Shown piece by piece: positions 51,401 to 55,094 of a stretch of 55,094 nucleotides of DNA. Source of the stretch: Clostridia bacterium (GTDB taxonomy: Bacteria > Bacillota > Clostridia > Oscillospirales > CAG-272); assembly GCA_017621695.1 (NCBI GenBank), contig JAGASP010000033.1, forward strand, positions 1 through 55,094, read 5' to 3'. The number at the start of each line of letters is the position of its first letter. Positions within the stretch are counted from its first letter, which is position 1. A program made the position numbers and the translations under genes. The notes beneath the pieces were generated by a model. That model had not been told where the DNA came from. It was given only the letters and a program-made list of their open reading frames with translations, and made no database searches.

Positions 51401-51963
51401 CGACCTGTGGCGGGGTTGCGCTCAATGATATGCAGGCGAACAAACTTTGCGGTTGTCTGGGCAAAGGTATAGGTCTTGGGTTCGGACTGATTGATGGGAA
51501 CACCGGCATCCTCTGCTACCTTTTTGAAGGTCTTGCCGTCGGTGGAGAGCTGGATCTCATATTTGGCGGGGAACTGACCGTTCGGGAACAGCATCACCAT
51601 GGAGACATCGGTCTTGCTTGCAAGCTCCAGGGTCACGGTGACAGGCTTGGTGTGATCCATTTCGCGGTCGTAGGGCTGGCAGGACCAGCCGCCGTTACCG
51701 ATGATACCGTCGGTGAGCAGGAGCTTCGTCCAACGCTCGGAGGGCATCTCATAGCTGTTTTCCGAGCCTGCACGCTCGTTGGTACAGGCGGAGATGGTCA
51801 CGGTTGCGTCAAGGGAAACCAGGGTGGTTCCGGTGGGGGCGTACTTGGATACGTTTTCCTCAGCGGCGCTGACGGTGATGGGGAGGGCGGCCAATGTGCT
51901 GATCAGCATCGCGAGCACCATCAGGACGGACATGAGCTTGGTTGCAGTGCGTTTCTTTTTCAT
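48418..51963 (-). CDS. Large secreted protein: three discoidin/CBM32-like domains, Ig-like (Big_2), putative GH TIM barrel, Gly-Cys C-terminal anchor
   Basis: Signal peptide; FP..Y.I..S.DG..W and ARYVRI/ARFVRV motifs x3; YKSSDTSVATI; DEP and FDRYP; AGCAS + TM + RKKED. Confidence 0.75.
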   Translation of the reverse strand: MKKKRTATKLMSVLMVLAMLISTLAALPITVSAAEENVSKYAPTGTTLVSLDATVTISACTNERAGSENSYEMPSERWTKLLLTDGIIGNGGWSCQPYDREMDHTKPVTVTLELASKTDVSMVMLFPNGQFPAKYEIQLSTDGKTFKKVAEDAGVPINQSEPKTYTFAQTTAKFVRLHIIERNPATGRDGALAQLGEIAVFGNAKATLALDRTSLELFVGETDQLKPTFKGTTDTYPVTYKSSDTSVATIAADGTITPKKLGKTTITMTCAQLNQSVTCSVKVVDKKYSFDDNIMISIFWPPTPEYITDEQYKLIADAGVTWVLGAGEETLATVDNQAKMLALCEKYGLGMTVSDGNFGGSLLNKSEKQVADAVARYKNVPGAYGFYILDEPLNPNAYLKAYINLKKAAPDAYMHLNFLPSAAYGSEEIYQAQMNDWCRLTADAGYPLDYLMFDRYPFPLQAGAMDRAGFFKNVRSCYEVGLKNDVKTGLYIQTVCQEVAFRRPTDSEIRYEMYASLAFGYKQLSFFTWFTPVNRSEPFRDGIIAADGTPNAHYEAIKTINHEILAIGKTLVKCDALGVYFNGPDTYGQPAVPEDFFVKADKNDSVILSWMRHKETGRNYLMVVNNNYGAKQDVELTFDSAIKSLSEVSRTDGSLKALTMNGQKLSLTLAAGDAMFIALPESFDFYEASEGQPDATTNLVEDAMITAPSSVGSDGWYISCLQDGQRLSEGKGNGWRTENRRDSYIDIDLGRTLKFNRVDLYPAGGIFAYGKAFPADLKISVSNDGEAWVEVKSLTDLEITSPKGMKISIGEQEARYVRIDLLEIAQGAQYMAINEIEIYNDDGTVPAPEKFSLLDKDDETVVGYKEGENIAKGKETFFSSTTPAHYQVWGWDISYINDGKTGNGWTSNVGLNRTSTATEYVGINFGDLFAVEKIVLEDNGAFPEDYSVALSEDGLAWTVVHEVTGSQDYNSGHKLEIVLDSPVNARFVRVTGTKLRGGGNDGFLLQLGEIEAYGKPVCDKTVLQDAIDTFKAEGGDENAKELKDVMSALENPLLTQTQARDYAKKLLALVGKELPPAFPEDPEDPDTIVDPEDPEQPTEGESESVTEPEDTSSEPEQSIDGESDSVTEPAGSEEATAQETATTPVDNETSPVEDAGCASLVALTALSLLPLAWFALRKKED

Positions 51964-51995
51964 AACGTGATTCCTTTCCGAAAGTGATTTGGGAA

Positions 51996-52691
51996 CTAAG
52001 ATGCTTTGGGCATGACGAAGCAAGCCTTTTGGATGACGATGGGTTCTTGGGGCAGGGAGATCTCGCCTGCCATGTCGGGCTGCACGTCTACGGGGGCGGC
52101 TGCGATCTTGTCCACCGTGCCAAGACCCGCGATGACGTAACCGAAGGCGGCGTAGCTTCCGTCAAGAAAGGTCGCGTCCCCGTGGCAGATGAAAAACTCC
52201 GACGTGGCGCTGTCATAGTTGCGGTTTCGTGCCATGGAGAGCACACCGCGCACGTGGCTGATCCGGTTGGCAACACCGTTTTCAGTAAATTCTCCCTTGA
52301 CGGTGGATACGTCCGCGCCCTTGCCTGCTTGGATCAGATAGTCCTTGTAGACGCGGTGGAAGATCAGCCCGTTATAATAACCGTCAGCGACCAGCGCTTG
52401 AAAATGCGCGGTTGTCAAGGGCGCTACGCTGCTTTGCAGACGAAGGATGATGTCACCGTAGTCCTTTACCGACAGTTTGACGAATTCGGTGGTTTCGGAG
52501 CATTCCGTAAAATCCTCTGTCGCCATGCTGTCAATCCCTTCCTGCACCTCGATCATGGAGACGGGCATGGATGCGGCCTCCTCTTCGGCACTTTGACAAG
52601 CCGAGCCGTAAAGGAGCAGGGAGAGGCAAAGGACACAAATGAGCAACAGACGGGGGAACGCGCACACTTCCTTGAGGGTATGTATCATCAT
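51996..52691 (-). CDS. Cyclophilin-type PPIase lipoprotein (divergent)
   Basis: GSAC lipobox; FHRV, HVRGVLSMAR and LDGSYAAFG motifs; start uncertain (52691 or 52712). Confidence 0.85.
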   Translation of the reverse strand: MMIHTLKEVCAFPRLLLICVLCLSLLLYGSACQSAEEEAASMPVSMIEVQEGIDSMATEDFTECSETTEFVKLSVKDYGDIILRLQSSVAPLTTAHFQALVADGYYNGLIFHRVYKDYLIQAGKGADVSTVKGEFTENGVANRISHVRGVLSMARNRNYDSATSEFFICHGDATFLDGSYAAFGYVIAGLGTVDKIAAAPVDVQPDMAGEISLPQEPIVIQKACFVMPKAS

Positions 52692-52708
52692 TGCTTTGCG
52701 TGGATGCT

Positions 52709-53473
52709 TCAAGGCTGTGCGTCCTTTACGTTACGCACAAAGCAGACCTTTTCCATGACAATGGGGGTCTTGGGCACCGACTGCTCGCCGCCTGCGGTAG
52801 GGCCTACGCTGACAGATGTGATGGAGTCTATCGTGCCGAGGCCGGCAATCACGTATCCGAAGGTGGCGTATTTGCCGTCGAGATGGGGATTGGAGGTGTC
52901 GCAGATGAAGAATTGACAGGAGGCGGAGTTGTTGTCCTTGCCGCGTGCCATGGAAAGCACGCCACGCAGATGCTTGAGGTCGTTTTTGAAGCCATTGTCG
53001 GTAAACTCGCCCTTGATCTTCTGATCGGTATAGCCCGTGCCGTTGCCCTTGGGGTCACCGCCCTGGATCATGAAGTTCTGCATGACACGGTGGAAGGTAA
53101 GGCCGTTATAAAAGCCTTCGGACACCAGCTTTTGGAAGTTTTTGACGGTCTCGGGCGCGAGCTTGGGGAGTAGCTCGAGGATGATATCCCCGTGACCTGG
53201 GACGGAGATCTTGACGTAATTTGTGACCTCCGCGGTCTCTTCAAAATCTGTCAGGTATTGGCTGTTGACACGGTCGGCAACCATTTCGGAAATATTGGCA
53301 TAAACCTTGTCGGCTTTGGTTTCGCTTTCAGGGGTATCCGTTTTTTCCTCTTTTTTTGTGTCCTTTTCGGAGGACTCGGCATCTGTGGAGGTTTCACAGG
53401 AAACGGCACAGGGAAGGATCATGGCACCAATCAAAAGAAGAAGCAGGAGAGCGGAGCAGAATTTTTTAAGCAT
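52709..53473 (-). CDS. Cyclophilin-type PPIase lipoprotein
   Basis: AVSC lipobox; FHRVMQNFMIQGGDP, SMARG, QFFI and HLDGKYATFG motifs. Confidence 0.92.
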   Translation of the reverse strand: MLKKFCSALLLLLLIGAMILPCAVSCETSTDAESSEKDTKKEEKTDTPESETKADKVYANISEMVADRVNSQYLTDFEETAEVTNYVKISVPGHGDIILELLPKLAPETVKNFQKLVSEGFYNGLTFHRVMQNFMIQGGDPKGNGTGYTDQKIKGEFTDNGFKNDLKHLRGVLSMARGKDNNSASCQFFICDTSNPHLDGKYATFGYVIAGLGTIDSITSVSVGPTAGGEQSVPKTPIVMEKVCFVRNVKDAQP

Positions 53474-53496
53474 GGTAAACTATCCTTTCGTTTTTG

Positions 53497-53539
53497 AAAA
53501 AGGCTTTTCGCAAGTGTATAAGCGCTTACGAAAAGCCTT
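53497..53539 (-). terminator. Hairpin/terminator between cyclophilin genes
   Basis: AAGGCTTTTCG...CGAAAAGCCTT followed by T residues on the minus strand. Confidence 0.55.
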
Positions 53540-53545
53540 GAGCTA

Positions 53546-54307
53546 TCAATGGTTATGGTTGTCCTTGACAAAGACGATCTTCTCGATGATTACATCTTTG
53601 ACAGGGTCGGACATCTCTCTGCCGTTGGACTGAACCTCTACGGAGGCAATGGAATCCACAGTCTCCATGCCGGCCATGACGTAGCCGAAGGCAGCGTAAT
53701 TACCGTCAAGAGAGGCAGTGGCGGAATCACAGATGAAGAACTGGCAGGATGCGGAATCGGGCTCGTTGCCGCGTGCCATGGAAATGACACCGCGGACATG
53801 CTTCAGATTGTTGGTGAATCCGTTGGCGGTAAATTCGCCCTTGATATCCTTGCCGGCATCTCCCGTGCCGTCACCCTTGGGGTCGCCGCCCTGAATCATG
53901 AAGCCCTTCATGATGCGGTGGAAGGACAGGCCGTCGTAGAAGCCCTTGGCAACCAGCTCCTGGAAATTCTTGACGGTTTCGGGAGCAACGTCGGGACGGA
54001 GGCGGATGACGATATCACCGTGATCCTTGACCGACATCTTGACATATTCGGTGGTTTCCTTGGTCTCGGTGAAGTCGGTGGTCTTGTGGCTGTTGACGGC
54101 GGCGTTGACCTCGGACATCAGGGTAGATTCGGGGATGGGAACGAATTCCGTGACTTGCTCAGAAGAGCCTTCTTCTCCGCCCATGGAGATGATGAGGACC
54201 GTAACCACGGCGGCGACGGCGATTGCCACGGCGACGAGAATGATGATGAGTGCCAGCGTACCTTCGCTGATGCCCTTTTTAGCGGGCGCTTTTTTCTTTT
54301 GGGACAT
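53546..54307 (-). CDS. Cyclophilin-type PPIase with N-terminal TM anchor
   Basis: Basic N-terminus + long hydrophobic helix; FHRIMKGFMIQGGDP, SMARG and QFFI motifs. Confidence 0.92.
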   Translation of the reverse strand: MSQKKKAPAKKGISEGTLALIIILVAVAIAVAAVVTVLIISMGGEEGSSEQVTEFVPIPESTLMSEVNAAVNSHKTTDFTETKETTEYVKMSVKDHGDIVIRLRPDVAPETVKNFQELVAKGFYDGLSFHRIMKGFMIQGGDPKGDGTGDAGKDIKGEFTANGFTNNLKHVRGVISMARGNEPDSASCQFFICDSATASLDGNYAAFGYVMAGMETVDSIASVEVQSNGREMSDPVKDVIIEKIVFVKDNHNH

Positions 54308-54369
54308 GATGGAGTTCCTTTCTTGATTTCATGAGCACGCACAGCGTACCCAAATGTATGTATGCATTC

Positions 54370-54398
54370 ATTGTACCATTTTTTATGCTTATTGTCAA
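54370..54398 (-). promoter_or_regulatory. sigma-A extended -10 promoter of the cyclophilin cluster
   Basis: TTGACA-17-TACAAT with TG on the minus strand. Confidence 0.7.
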
Positions 54399-54420
54399 GA
54401 AAAATTCTGTGTGCAGACAA

Positions 54421-54448
54421 ATATTTTTGCCCATGAAAAACATACGAT
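54421..54448 (+). promoter_or_regulatory. Putative sporulation sigma-E promoter
   Basis: ATA-17-CATACGAT matches the sigma-E consensus ATa..cATAcanT, upstream of a ytvI-like gene. Confidence 0.5.
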
Positions 54449-54489
54449 GGAGTCAGGGAGACGGATATCCCCCGAAGTGAGGTGAAGGG

Positions 54490-55094
54490 ATGATTTCAAA
54501 GGAAGATGCGCGGCTGCTTCGGCTCTCGCAGGGCCTTGTCGCGGTCGCACTGCTTGCAGGGGGCATCTGGCTGGGGTTTCGCTATGCGTTGCCTGTCCTG
54601 TTGCCGTTTTTGCTTGCACGGTTGACAGCGGCGATGTTGCGCCCCTTGGTAGATCTTGTCGCAGGGAAACGAAGGATGCTTCGCAGGATGACGGCGGCGG
54701 TGCTTGTGATCCTGTCGGTGGGGCTTTTGCTGCTGTTGGCTGTCAAGGGCGCGGAGCGCGGAGTGCGGGAGCTTGGCCGTTTGCTGGAGGGCTTTTCAGA
54801 GAAAAATTCCGGGCTCGACGGCTTGTTTGACAGTATTTTTGCCTGCGTGACATCTATATCTTCGCATTTCCCCTTTTTGGACCACCCGCAATTCGATGCG
54901 TTTTGTGCCGCGCTGGACGAGGCGGTCGCCCGGGCTGTCGGGAAAACGCTGGAAAGCCTGAGCGGGCAGATCCCATCTGCCGCTTTGACGGTTGCGGGAC
55001 GCTTGCCGACGCTCCTTTTGTTTCTGACGACGTGGTTGCTCTCCTGCTACGATTTTTGCGCATCCGTAGCCTCCCCCGAGGAGCGGTTGATTGC
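54490..55094 (+). CDS. ytvI: YtvI-like sporulation membrane protein / AI-2E family (truncated by window end)
   Basis: Manual translation MISKEDARLL...FRYALPVLLPFLLARLTAAMLRPLVD...; open to the window edge; multiple TM segments. Confidence 0.7.
   Translation, partial: MISKEDARLLRLSQGLVAVALLAGGIWLGFRYALPVLLPFLLARLTAAMLRPLVDLVAGKRRMLRRMTAAVLVILSVGLLLLLAVKGAERGVRELGRLLEGFSEKNSGLDGLFDSIFACVTSISSHFPFLDHPQFDAFCAALDEAVARAVGKTLESLSGQIPSAALTVAGRLPTLLLFLTTWLLSCYDFCASVASPEERLI

Overview
Chromosomal window from a Clostridia-type Firmicute (sigma-A promoters, remA, DUF1292, ytvI with a sigma-E-like promoter, Clostridia-type 6S RNA). Housekeeping genes: gap, acpP, rubrerythrin, birA, rpmH-rnpA-yidD-yidC-jag-mnmE, acyl-CoA synthetase, ssrS, hemW, fmt, def, yicC-remA-rpoZ-priA, uxaC, and a GldA/F/G-like ABC operon. 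These are interleaved with many exported proteins. Most notable: (1) a 1013-aa single-pass membrane protein with a predicted cytoplasmic Zn-ribbon/TIR domain (putative catalytic Glu retained) and extracellular BspA-type LRRs, a Toll-like-receptor-like domain set in reversed order; (2) four secreted proteins ending in a shared Gly-Cys + TM helix + basic tail (three end KKED), a candidate Cys-based C-terminal sorting signal; (3) three of those four genes lie beside exported foldases (two trigger-factor lipoproteins lacking the ribosome-binding domain, three membrane-anchored cyclophilins), and YidC carries a duplicated external domain; (4) non-autonomous hairpin elements: a 351-bp TA-flanked fold-back MITE, a GTAG-REP, and 134-bp and ~101-bp tandem arrays with a covarying stem. 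No CRISPR array, transposase or prophage was seen. All family calls are from motif recognition by eye; no searches were run.
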